DNA of 64,000 nucleotides from an uncultured Gammaproteobacteria bacterium (GTDB lineage Bacteria; Patescibacteriota; Patescibacteriia; UBA9934): NCBI GenBank assembly GCA_964613815.1, contig CAZTKG010000002.1, positions 23,737 to 87,736 of the forward strand, read 5' to 3'. Shown piece by piece: positions 56,439 to 64,000 of this stretch (position 1 is its first letter; each line of letters starts with the position of its first letter). The notes under the pieces were generated by a model. It saw only the letters and a program-made list of their open reading frames with translations, ran no database searches and was not told where the DNA came from. The position numbers and the translations under genes were made by a program.

Positions 56439-57578
56439 TTGACGGAGTTTTTTTGTGGTATATTTTTGGATATGCGAAAGATGTATTCTCGATTTGTTCT
56501 AGGATTGCTTTGTTTTTTTGCCGTTCCTATGCTTGCTTTTGCGCAGGAGGGAGTTCATGATGATGTTTATTACGTGGGGACTGTGGATGGGTTTGTGACG
56601 GATGCGGCGAGTGATGCGCAGCGAGAGGTTGTGGTGGATTTGGAGGATCGTGAGGGGGTTGTAGCTGAGTATTTTGATGATCCTACGAAAGATGGAGATG
56701 ATTTGGCGATTGGAGATCGGGTGGTGGTGCTTTGGACGCAGGCGATGATGGATGAGGGGCAGTTTATTATTATTGATCGATATCGGTTGGTTTCGGTTGG
56801 GGTGTTGTTTTTGATCTTTTTTGGCAGTGCGATTTTGTTTGCGCGTAAGAAGGGGGTCTCGTCTGTTTTGGGACTTGCGGTGAGTTTGCTTATTTTGATG
56901 TTTTATACGGTTCCGACGATTGTTAGCGGGGGGTCACCGTTCATCGTGGCTTCGATTTCTGCGTTTTTGATTGCAGTGCTTTCGATTTCTATTGCGCATG
57001 GGTTTTCTCGGCAGACGGGGATTGCGCTTGTGAGTACGCTTGTAGTGCTTGTGTTTTCGTTTGGGCTTAGTCAGTTATTTGTTTCGACTGCGCAGCTTTT
57101 TGGGCTTGGATCTGAGGAGGCGTTTTCGTTGACGTTTTCTGGGCTTGGAGAGATTGATTTGCGAGGGCTTTTGTTGGCGGGGATTATTATTGGCGTCCTT
57201 GGTGTGCTTGATGATGTGACGACGGCGCAGACGGCGACGGTGAAGCAGTTGGCTGGTGCGGGCGTGAAGGGGTTTCGATCGCTCTATCATCGGGCAACGC
57301 ATGTTGGGGTGGAGCATGTGGTGTCTTTGGTGAATACGCTTGCGCTTGCGTATGTGGGGGCGTCACTTCCACTTTTGTTGATGTTTTCTGTGAATGAAGG
57401 AGGGTTGCCGTTTTGGGTGATTTTGAATAGCGAGATGATTATTGAGGAGGTGATTCGGATTTTGATTGGAAGTATTGTGCTTGTTTTGGCTGTGCCTATT
57501 TCGACGGTATTTGCAGCTTATGCGTATTCTCGATGGCCGAAATGGGTAAAGGAGGGGGAGAGCGGGCATGTGCATTGA
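56439..57578 (+). CDS. YibE/F family integral membrane protein
   Basis: Signal/TM, periplasmic segment, then 7-8 TM helices with a GVLGVLDDVTTAQTATV motif typical of YibE/F. A 56472 start is possible. Confidence 0.75.
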   Translation: MTEFFCGIFLDMRKMYSRFVLGLLCFFAVPMLAFAQEGVHDDVYYVGTVDGFVTDAASDAQREVVVDLEDREGVVAEYFDDPTKDGDDLAIGDRVVVLWTQAMMDEGQFIIIDRYRLVSVGVLFLIFFGSAILFARKKGVSSVLGLAVSLLILMFYTVPTIVSGGSPFIVASISAFLIAVLSISIAHGFSRQTGIALVSTLVVLVFSFGLSQLFVSTAQLFGLGSEEAFSLTFSGLGEIDLRGLLLAGIIIGVLGVLDDVTTAQTATVKQLAGAGVKGFRSLYHRATHVGVEHVVSLVNTLALAYVGASLPLLLMFSVNEGGLPFWVILNSEMIIEEVIRILIGSIVLVLAVPISTVFAAYAYSRWPKWVKEGESGHVH

Positions 57579-57607
57579 GATTTTTGGAAATGAGAAGTCG
57601 TTCACCT

Positions 57608-57673
57608 AATACAAAAATACTCCGCTTAATTTAGCGAAGTACTTTTGGCGGGGCGTAGTGGAATGGGTTGGAA
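57608..57673. repeat. 66-bp direct repeat, copy 1 (contains a - strand intrinsic terminator: uacuucgc-uaaauuaa-gcggagua + U-run)
   Basis: ~95% identical to the copy at 58432-58497. Lies just downstream of the ribD_C gene on the - strand. Confidence 0.85.
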
Positions 57674-57693
57674 GATGGTTTATTCAAAGTCCT

Positions 57694-58419
57694 TCACTTA
57701 TTTAGCACTTTATACTTCACATGAAGAAATGATTTTTTCAATTGTTCCGCTGTGATCAATTTTAGGGGTACGAGCTTGTCGAGTTCGCTTGTGCGATGCA
57801 GTGCCTCTCCATCCATCAGGGTTGGTGTTGTGGACCCACCTACCATAATCGGGGCAACGACCAAGGAAATGTGATCAATAAGTCCAGATCGCAACAGGTG
57901 TGCATTCATCGTTCCACCAGATTGAACGGTCATTTGTCTTACACTGTGTTCGTTATAGAGTGATGCAAATAGTTTTTTAAAGTTTATCTTTCTCGAAAAG
58001 TGCATCACGGTTATATTATCAAGTTCTTTTTGAAGTTTGTAAGCAGGATGTTTCTTGTTTGTTGTAGCGATGAAAACATGTTCCAACCACTTTGAGAGAT
58101 GCTGGATGCCAGACGCTTTTAGGTGGGGCTTGTTGTCAACAAGAACAAAACGAACAGGAAGACTTTCTTTTGGGCTCTTGCGTTCATTGATGCCAACCTT
58201 GGCCATAACTTTTCCGGTATTAAACGAGACAAGATCTGTTTGTTGTTCTAATTCGTAATACTGACTCAATCCTTCCTTCACACCTGTAATTTTTTTCCAG
58301 TCTTGATCTACATCGAGTTCATCCGTGTCTCCACTGGAGATCTTTCCATCTAGACTCGACAACATGAAGAGGGTGGTTTTTGGGCGTTTCATACCTAACA
58401 ATTCTATCATTTTTTCCAA
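57694..58419 (-). CDS. RibD C-terminal domain / dihydrofolate reductase-like reductase
   Basis: PKTTLFMLSSLDGKIS...VQSGGTMNAHLLRSGLIDHISLVVAPIMVGG (RibD_C/DHFR-like fold). AT-rich and atypical versus its neighbours. Confidence 0.75.
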   Translation of the reverse strand: MEKMIELLGMKRPKTTLFMLSSLDGKISSGDTDELDVDQDWKKITGVKEGLSQYYELEQQTDLVSFNTGKVMAKVGINERKSPKESLPVRFVLVDNKPHLKASGIQHLSKWLEHVFIATTNKKHPAYKLQKELDNITVMHFSRKINFKKLFASLYNEHSVRQMTVQSGGTMNAHLLRSGLIDHISLVVAPIMVGGSTTPTLMDGEALHRTSELDKLVPLKLITAEQLKKSFLHVKYKVLNK

Positions 58420-58431
58420 CCATCATGTCCG

Positions 58432-58497
58432 AATACAAAAATACTCCGCTTAAATTAGCGAAGTACTTTTGGCGGGGCGTAGTGGAGGGGGTTGGAA
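58432..58497. repeat. 66-bp direct repeat, copy 2
   Basis: See copy 1. Lies 13 nt upstream of the ribD_C start codon and ~120 nt downstream of the sigma gene. Confidence 0.85.
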
Positions 58498-58615
58498 TAT
58501 TTTTTTCTCACTCGTTCTAATGGCAAGGGAGCTGTAGAGTGTGTAAGGGTTTAAAAAATTTCAATAAAAATAGCTCAACTGCTCAGGTGACGATATGTCA
58601 TCTAAACAGTCGAGC

Positions 58616-59626
58616 TTAAGTCGTTGCCACGATGAGAGATCGGAGTTCTTCCGCGATTCGAATGAGTTCTTCGATGTCTGACTTTGTAAAACCTAGCGTT
58701 TCGGCAAGTTTTTCCAGTCCAGCCTTTTCGATTTGACGAATGCGCTCGCGGGTAAGTTTGTAGCGCTCTCCCACCTCCTCAAGAGTCCGTTGTGACTTAC
58801 CATGAAGACCAAGACGCAACGTAAGAATAGTTGCAGTGCGTGGTTTCTGGCTGTCGACCCATGCTTCGATGCGTTGCAGTGCACTTTCGGTAGTCTTCAA
58901 CTTTTCCTTCGTCTCAAGGAGCTTTTCGCCTTGCATGGCAGGTTTCGACAGATAATCAGCGGGACTGAGCTTGAAGTCCTCGTCTTGATTATCCTCCCCT
59001 TCAAACGAGTCAGTATAGGCTGAAAGAAGCTTGAGCGCCCTTCCAACCTTGGCGAACGACGGTGGTTCGGTGTCGTTTGCCTCTGCAGCTCGTTTGATTT
59101 CCAGGTAGATCTCGTATGGCGTTGCATCTCGCATTTTCTGGCGAAAGACCGTCTCCTTGGCTTTAAGCACCTTGGAAAAATCATCTCGCACATGAATCGG
59201 GATTCTTCCTCCCGTGTTGCGTGCGTCAAAATCCGCAATGGCACGATGAATTGCCTGACGAATCCACCAGGTTGCGTAGGTGGAGAATTCGAATCCGCGA
59301 GAGTGATCGTATCGATAGACGGCGCGCATGAGGCCGATGTTGCCCTCCTGAATAAGGTCAAGCACAGTCATTCCGACGCGTGAACCTTGTTTCAGGTAGC
59401 CAAAGGCCATATTCACGACCAGTCGCAAATTGCGAACGATGACTTCATCAATGAGCTGTGACCTATGAGGCTCCGGAGCGTCTTGAATGCGAGCAAAGTA
59501 GTCCGCTCCATCGCCAGCCGTAAATACTGGAATACCAGTGATGGAATCCATGTATTTATGAAGCAGGTCCCTTGACCACTGACCCTCTCCGCTTTCTGCC
59601 TGTTTGACGAGCCAAGATGTGCTCAT
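58616..59626 (-). CDS. RNA polymerase sigma factor, sigma-70 family (regions 2-4), 336 aa
   Basis: Region 2 ([18 protein letters not shown]...[17 protein letters not shown]), region 3, and region 4 HTH ([27 protein letters not shown]). Confidence 0.85.
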   Translation of the reverse strand: MSTSWLVKQAESGEGQWSRDLLHKYMDSITGIPVFTAGDGADYFARIQDAPEPHRSQLIDEVIVRNLRLVVNMAFGYLKQGSRVGMTVLDLIQEGNIGLMRAVYRYDHSRGFEFSTYATWWIRQAIHRAIADFDARNTGGRIPIHVRDDFSKVLKAKETVFRQKMRDATPYEIYLEIKRAAEANDTEPPSFAKVGRALKLLSAYTDSFEGEDNQDEDFKLSPADYLSKPAMQGEKLLETKEKLKTTESALQRIEAWVDSQKPRTATILTLRLGLHGKSQRTLEEVGERYKLTRERIRQIEKAGLEKLAETLGFTKSDIEELIRIAEELRSLIVATT

Positions 59627-60345
59627 GAATGCTCCCTGATGTATGGCTTGAAGTGTGTGAGGAGTGCGGCTTTGGCAGCATTTGCCTGCGCTAGTTTTTT
59701 GTTTGGGCCTGACCCGGAGGCAAGTGTTCTGCCCATTGCAACTGCGCTGTAGGTGAATACGGGTTCATGGTCACTCCCAGACTTGCTTTCGAAGGTGTAT
59801 GTGGGAGCATTGCAGCCTTGGGCCTGCACAATTTCCATCAGAAGACCTTTTGGATCATATTCGATCCTGCCTTTCTGGAGAATTGACCTTGCATTTTTAA
59901 GAAGTAGATAGTCTATGAAGATGCGCGCTGCACCAACTCCTTGGTCCTTATAGATGGCGCCGATGAAGGCTTCAAGAAGGTCACAGCAAAGCTTAGTGCT
60001 GTTTCGCCCCCTTTCGCGTTCTTCACCACGACTCATTCGGGTATATGAACCAAGGTTCATATTTCTGCCTATTTCGCCGAGCGAGTTGGTGCTGACGATT
60101 CTGGCCTTCATGCGAGATATGGGTCCTTCTTCATATTCCGGGAATTCATCGAAAAGCCAGTCTACAACCACGAGTTCAATGACTCGATCACCTAGACACT
60201 CTAGTCGTTCGTAGCTTTTTGCGTTTTCGCCTCTGCCGGCTTCATTTAGATAAGATCTATGCGTGAACGCTTCCCAGAGGAGCGACCAGTCGTTAAATTC
60301 GAACTCGAGATTTGCGATAAGTTCGCGTAATCGATGCTGAAACAT
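59623..60345 (-). CDS. rnc: ribonuclease III
   Basis: RNase III signature ([15 protein letters not shown]) and a C-terminal dsRBD. Confidence 0.85.
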   Translation of the reverse strand: MFQHRLRELIANLEFEFNDWSLLWEAFTHRSYLNEAGRGENAKSYERLECLGDRVIELVVVDWLFDEFPEYEEGPISRMKARIVSTNSLGEIGRNMNLGSYTRMSRGEERERGRNSTKLCCDLLEAFIGAIYKDQGVGAARIFIDYLLLKNARSILQKGRIEYDPKGLLMEIVQAQGCNAPTYTFESKSGSDHEPVFTYSAVAMGRTLASGSGPNKKLAQANAAKAALLTHFKPYIREHS

Positions 60346-60479
60346 GCTATCTCCGTGAAAAGAACTAGGACAAAAGCCTAGGTAATATAACCTAAATTGT
60401 CAATAGTTTTACAAACAATCAGAAAACAAAAAAGCGCGTAGTGCGCTCGGTGAGCATTCCAGCGTCAGCATACTCCATG

Positions 60480-61547
60480 CTAGAATGATTGATTAGCTTC
60501 GTCCCATGTTGGAATGAAAGATCTAGCTTCTTCTGCAGAGTGGAATACAAGAAGATGGGGGGCGTGTTTTCTTGTTCTCGCGCTCTGTAAGAGCATTATG
60601 CGTGGGTCTTGTATGTACTGGGAGAGAGTAACCCTGCTAATTGGATGCGTCCGGTCGTAATGGAGAACCAGCGGAGCATATCCACCTTCGTATCCCATGT
60701 CGTGCTCCAAATAAAGATCAAGGAGCCGTTCAATCCACTCCTCCAGTGTAAACTGTGGAGCTGGATGGATCACGCCAGGTTTGCGAGAAGGGTTGATTGT
60801 TCTCATGCAGCGTTTGCATCTGTTCTCGCCGGGTATACTTGGCTTAATCGTGCATCGTTTACACCAGACCATGGGTGGCGGCTTGTTTGCCCATTCCAGT
60901 CGTCTGATAATGCGGATTGCATTTAGTTCCTGAGTTGTCTTAAGCCAGGCTCTGTAATGCGGGTCTTTCATCACGCGACGATGGAAATCCTTTACCGTCT
61001 CTCGCTTCGGTGCGGCTGCCGCAGGTGGATCCAAGGAGGGGTGAGTTGCAGCGATTTGAGGAGGTGGGGTAGCTGGGGGGTGAGGTGTGGGAATTGACCG
61101 AAGCCTCGGTTTAACCAAGGGTGGCACTGATTGCTTTGCAATCAGTGTTCCCGTCATTTCCGCCCCCGCGCGAACATCGATACCTCGACCAAAATCTTCT
61201 GCCCTGGCCATGAGGGAGGTCAGCCCTGAGGCATCTGGGTCATTGTCGTCTTCAGCGCCACTATAGGCTGTGATTTCGTTGTAGCATTCGAAGCAGAACG
61301 GATTGTCGAGCTTGATTTGGGGGCGTTTTTTGCAGCGGTTGCATTTTTGTAGTTTCCCGGTGGTTACTTCAGTGCAGCCACCACAAAGGCCTGTGGCACG
61401 GTCTTCACAAGACGTCTTTTTACACTTCTCGCATTTACGAGAAAGCGCGTCACATCCTTTGCAGCCGGCCTGTCCCTGTTCTTCATTGCACAGTTCGACT
61501 GGAATTGCGCCAGTGAGGATTTGGCAATAAACCTTGCCGTTTCGCAT
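60480..61547 (-). CDS. hypothetical protein with N-terminal tandem zinc-ribbon (Cys-rich) region and Pro-rich linker
   Basis: About 16 Cys in the first 100 aa in CxxC pairs. Less strand-skewed composition than the bulk of the window. Confidence 0.6.
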   Translation of the reverse strand: MRNGKVYCQILTGAIPVELCNEEQGQAGCKGCDALSRKCEKCKKTSCEDRATGLCGGCTEVTTGKLQKCNRCKKRPQIKLDNPFCFECYNEITAYSGAEDDNDPDASGLTSLMARAEDFGRGIDVRAGAEMTGTLIAKQSVPPLVKPRLRSIPTPHPPATPPPQIAATHPSLDPPAAAAPKRETVKDFHRRVMKDPHYRAWLKTTQELNAIRIIRRLEWANKPPPMVWCKRCTIKPSIPGENRCKRCMRTINPSRKPGVIHPAPQFTLEEWIERLLDLYLEHDMGYEGGYAPLVLHYDRTHPISRVTLSQYIQDPRIMLLQSARTRKHAPHLLVFHSAEEARSFIPTWDEANQSF

Positions 61548-61663
61548 ATTTTCTCCATGAAAAAAGATCGATTGACCTCTTTACTCCATCAAATTTTTTA
61601 ACTTTTGTCAATACACAAGATCTGCGCTTTACATTGACGGATTGACTTGTTTATGGGATATTT

Positions 61664-62941
61664 TTGTCCTCGTTCTTTCCATGGAGACTATCAATGCGTG
61701 CTACTAATTCTACCGAACTTGTTCGCTTGCACCGCGTTCACTTTGCGATTTTGTCCCGGGCATACACTTTAAGTTTGATGCTTGATACCCGAGGCGTGAT
61801 TCCTCCTCGAATGCTGTCTGCTGTAATTCAATTTACGGCTCTAGAAAAGATTCGACCTGAACTCGTTATTGAGTCGCTTACTGAATCCGGCCACCTTCTT
61901 TTTTCTGGTTCAGCTTGGGTGATCCGGCGCCCGCCGATGGGTGTCGACTTGCATGGCGATGAGCCGCGTCCAGTAACTGACGAGCAATTGCAGAATGTGG
62001 TGTTGCACTGGAGAGAGGGTGTGCGAGATCTTGCGGACAGCCATTTCCTCGATAGGCCACATCTGCATGTGCCACTGATTGCGGAAGAAGACTTGATTAG
62101 ATTGAACCTCGTCACTCCGAAAGACGATGCCGAAGGGGGTGCAAAAGAAGTATCGGAGCCGCCCCTGATCTTTCAAAAACCACCGCATCGTAATCCGATT
62201 CCAATTGGAGTCATAGAGCAGATTCTGGGCGATCATGCCGTGGTTGAAGGCCTGAAGGGTGGTGAGCTTACGCCACATCAATCCGGTCAGGTGCTTATGT
62301 GGCATTGCGGATCTCATGCGCTTGTCTTCCGGGTGCATCGTGCACTTGTAGCAATTGGACTATTGAACGCTTCTCGCGGGTGTGTTTCAGTGAGCTCGGT
62401 CGGGCGGAGTCTGATAGAGGCTCACTCCCCAGAAACGACACTTGTTTATGGGGCACAAATGGCAATTTTGCGTGGCGAGCCCGTGATTCGTGTGCCGTTT
62501 CGGCCGGTTTGGTTGGGTGGTGGCATGGCTCGCCTTGAGTATTTTGGTGAACGAAAGGTGCCCGCATCTACGAAAACCCAGAAGGTGATCCGGCGCGAGT
62601 TGCCGACTGTTCCAGAATTTGCGCGCGGGCAGGCTGTGCCAGCGTTCTTGGCAGACCATGCGCTTTTGGAGCGACTGAATGGCGGTCCTGTTTCGGTCAA
62701 AATTTCGGGGCTATTGTGCCGATATTACAAACCGGATTCCAATCAGCCTACAGTTTTCAGGGGAAGCTGTAAGCAGAGGGGATTTATTGAACCAATTGGC
62801 CGGAATGGTCAGCTGATCAATCGTCGCGGGCGGAATCCTTCTGCTCGATGGCGCGTAACAACGAAGGGGTATCAGCATATTCAAAAGAAAGGGGCGGAGC
62901 CAAGTCTTAGTGAAGAGGAGGCGCGCACATTCCTTGCGTAG
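61664..62941 (+). CDS. hypothetical protein (425 aa)
   Basis: Long ORF with balanced codon usage unlike the G/T-rich native + strand genes. No recognised motif. Confidence 0.55.
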   Translation: MSSFFPWRLSMRATNSTELVRLHRVHFAILSRAYTLSLMLDTRGVIPPRMLSAVIQFTALEKIRPELVIESLTESGHLLFSGSAWVIRRPPMGVDLHGDEPRPVTDEQLQNVVLHWREGVRDLADSHFLDRPHLHVPLIAEEDLIRLNLVTPKDDAEGGAKEVSEPPLIFQKPPHRNPIPIGVIEQILGDHAVVEGLKGGELTPHQSGQVLMWHCGSHALVFRVHRALVAIGLLNASRGCVSVSSVGRSLIEAHSPETTLVYGAQMAILRGEPVIRVPFRPVWLGGGMARLEYFGERKVPASTKTQKVIRRELPTVPEFARGQAVPAFLADHALLERLNGGPVSVKISGLLCRYYKPDSNQPTVFRGSCKQRGFIEPIGRNGQLINRRGRNPSARWRVTTKGYQHIQKKGAEPSLSEEEARTFLA

Positions 62942-62970
62942 GCTTGCGAGTCAGGTTTGGTTAGCTCACG

Positions 62971-62998
62971 TCACCTCCGTGCTGGAGGTGATTTTTTG
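62971..62998 (+). terminator. intrinsic terminator (cacctcc-gtgct-ggaggtg + T6)
   Basis: 7-bp stem plus T-run after the 61664-62941 gene. Confidence 0.7.
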
Positions 62999-63082
62999 TA
63001 AAATTTTGCACGGTCGGCAAAGGCGAGGGAGCAAGTGTTCCCCCAAACCCCTCCCGCTCGAATCCAACTCTTATCGCAACAG

Positions 63083-63112
63083 AAAAACCACTAGCAGAAG
63101 CTAGCGGTTTTT
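63083..63112. terminator. bidirectional terminator-like hairpin (A5-ccactagc-agaa-gctagcgg-T5) downstream of tRNA-Asp
   Basis: 8-bp stem with one mismatch, flanked by A/T runs. Confidence 0.5.
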
Positions 63113-63113
63113 C

Positions 63114-63190
63114 TGGCGGACCGGACGGGATTCGAACCCGCGATCTCCTCCGTGACAGGGAGGCATGTTAACCAGCTACACCACCGGTCC
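63114..63190 (-). tRNA. tRNA-Asp (GUC)
   Basis: GGACCGGTGGTGTAGCTGGTTAACATGCCTCCCTGTCACGGAGGAGATCGCGGGTTCGAATCCCGTCCGGTCCGCCA, with CCA encoded. Confidence 0.9.
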
Positions 63191-63311
63191 ATTGAATTGT
63201 GGGATTAGTCTACATTAATGGGGGGGAAATGGCAAATTGGAGTGGGGTTTGGTTATGTTGGGATGTAGGTGTATTGTTGGAGGAGTTGTTTCATGAAATG
63301 TAATTTTATCT

Positions 63312-63731
63312 ATGAAGTCATTGTATCTTGTTAAGCGAGCTATTGGGCTCGGGGTGCTCACGTATGTTTTTTCGTTTATTCCTGGAGTGATTATCAGTCT
63401 TTTGGTTGGGGTGGATTTTGAGTCGGCTCAGGATTTGCCGGATCGTGTGTATTTGTGGGGGATGCTTGTTTCTGCGGTTTTGATGGTGTTTATGACGCTT
63501 TGGTATTTTGCGAATAAACAATTGAAGCAGACGGCTCGAAGTGGGTTTTATTTTGGGTTTACAGCGATTGGAGTTGGGTTTGTGTTTGATACGCTGATGT
63601 TTTTACCGATGATTTTGAGCGGGGGGACGGATCCGGTTTTGATTTATTATGCAAATGAGCTTTTTTGGTTGACGGTGGTTGTTGTGATTTTGGTGGCGAC
63701 GTTTGTTGGATGGCTGGGAGAGCGTAAATAA
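63312..63731 (+). CDS. hypothetical integral membrane protein (139 aa, 4 TM)
   Basis: Four hydrophobic helices; G/T-rich native codon usage. Confidence 0.55.
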   Translation: MKSLYLVKRAIGLGVLTYVFSFIPGVIISLLVGVDFESAQDLPDRVYLWGMLVSAVLMVFMTLWYFANKQLKQTARSGFYFGFTAIGVGFVFDTLMFLPMILSGGTDPVLIYYANELFWLTVVVVILVATFVGWLGERK

Positions 63732-63738
63732 AGCGAAT

Positions 63739-63760
63739 GCCCCGCACGAGTGTGCGGGGC
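63739..63760 (-). terminator. GC hairpin (gccccgcac-gagt-gtgcggggc) with a U-run on the - strand
   Basis: 9-bp perfect stem. The - strand continues AUUCGCUUUAUUU. Confidence 0.6.
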
Positions 63761-63779
63761 AGGACGGTGGAGGCAGCGA

Positions 63780-64000
63780 CTACGACTTGGTCCGTTTGGG
63801 GCAGGTCGTTGTTTCTTCTCCACCGGTGTTTGTCATGATGCAGAACATCGGGACAGGGGTGAGGGCCATGGGGCCTTCGTGGAAGGTGATTTCGCCTCCT
63901 CGATTGGTGACGTTTTGGAGGGTCCAGATTGCACCATCGGGGAGGGTGATGATAGCCGTGTTGTCGCCGGGCCAGGTTGCCGCGGTTGCGGCGATGGACT
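63780..64000 (-). CDS. C-terminal part of a hypothetical protein (continues beyond window)
   Basis: Open - strand frame ending ...TGGEETTTCPKRTKS* at 63780, followed by the terminator. Confidence 0.35.
   Translation of the reverse strand, partial: SIAATAATWPGDNTAIITLPDGAIWTLQNVTNRGGEITFHEGPMALTPVPMFCIMTNTGGEETTTCPKRTKS

Noticed and set aside
1-64000. CRISPR arrays, rRNA genes, transposase/integrase genes, tmRNA/RNase P/SRP RNA
   Set aside because: No short direct-repeat/spacer arrays, no rRNA-like conserved stretches, and no DDE or tyrosine recombinase-like ORFs were recognised. Intergenic regions were checked for tmRNA, RNase P and SRP hallmark motifs without success.

Overview
This 64 kb window is a gene-dense bacterial chromosomal segment with a strong G+T excess on the + strand. 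Its traits are consistent with a Patescibacteria/CPR-like organism: AspRS without a GAD insertion, Rel without an ACT domain, an intron-containing tRNA, and giant N-terminally anchored surface proteins. This assignment is an inference from gene content only. Housekeeping genes are clearly recognisable: ruvX, recO, aspS, scpAB, a PBP5-like carboxypeptidase, malic enzyme, parAB, rel, topA, folC, dprA, pth, der, an LCP protein, lepB, hisS, rpsU-yqeY, ybeY, dgkA, ftsA, ftsZ, nrdR, pyk, a MEMO+CapA fusion, a YibE/F protein, a sigma-70 factor, and rnc. Five tRNA genes are present. One of them is an initiator tRNA-Met (tRNA-fMet) split by a ~640 nt group I intron that carries a PD-(D/E)xK-type homing-endonuclease ORF. 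The most unusual region is 30.8-45.3 kb. It holds two tandem genes (598 aa and 3328 aa) encoding secreted giant proteins that share a VirB2/TrbC-pilin-like N-terminal module. The larger protein also has IPT/TIG-like repeats, myxococcal-type Cys-rich repeats and a VWA-like domain. Three paralogous bitopic membrane proteins with thrombospondin-type-3 Ca-binding repeats follow; together this looks like a cell-surface adhesion or attachment system. Further oddities: a 44-bp perfect palindrome present twice around a tRNA array; a 139-nt inverted-repeat element derived from the tRNA-Leu 3' end; a compositionally atypical region (57.6-63.1 kb) abutting the 3' end of tRNA-Asp that contains a direct-repeat-flanked, AT-rich ribD_C cassette; and a 1192-aa orphan protein.
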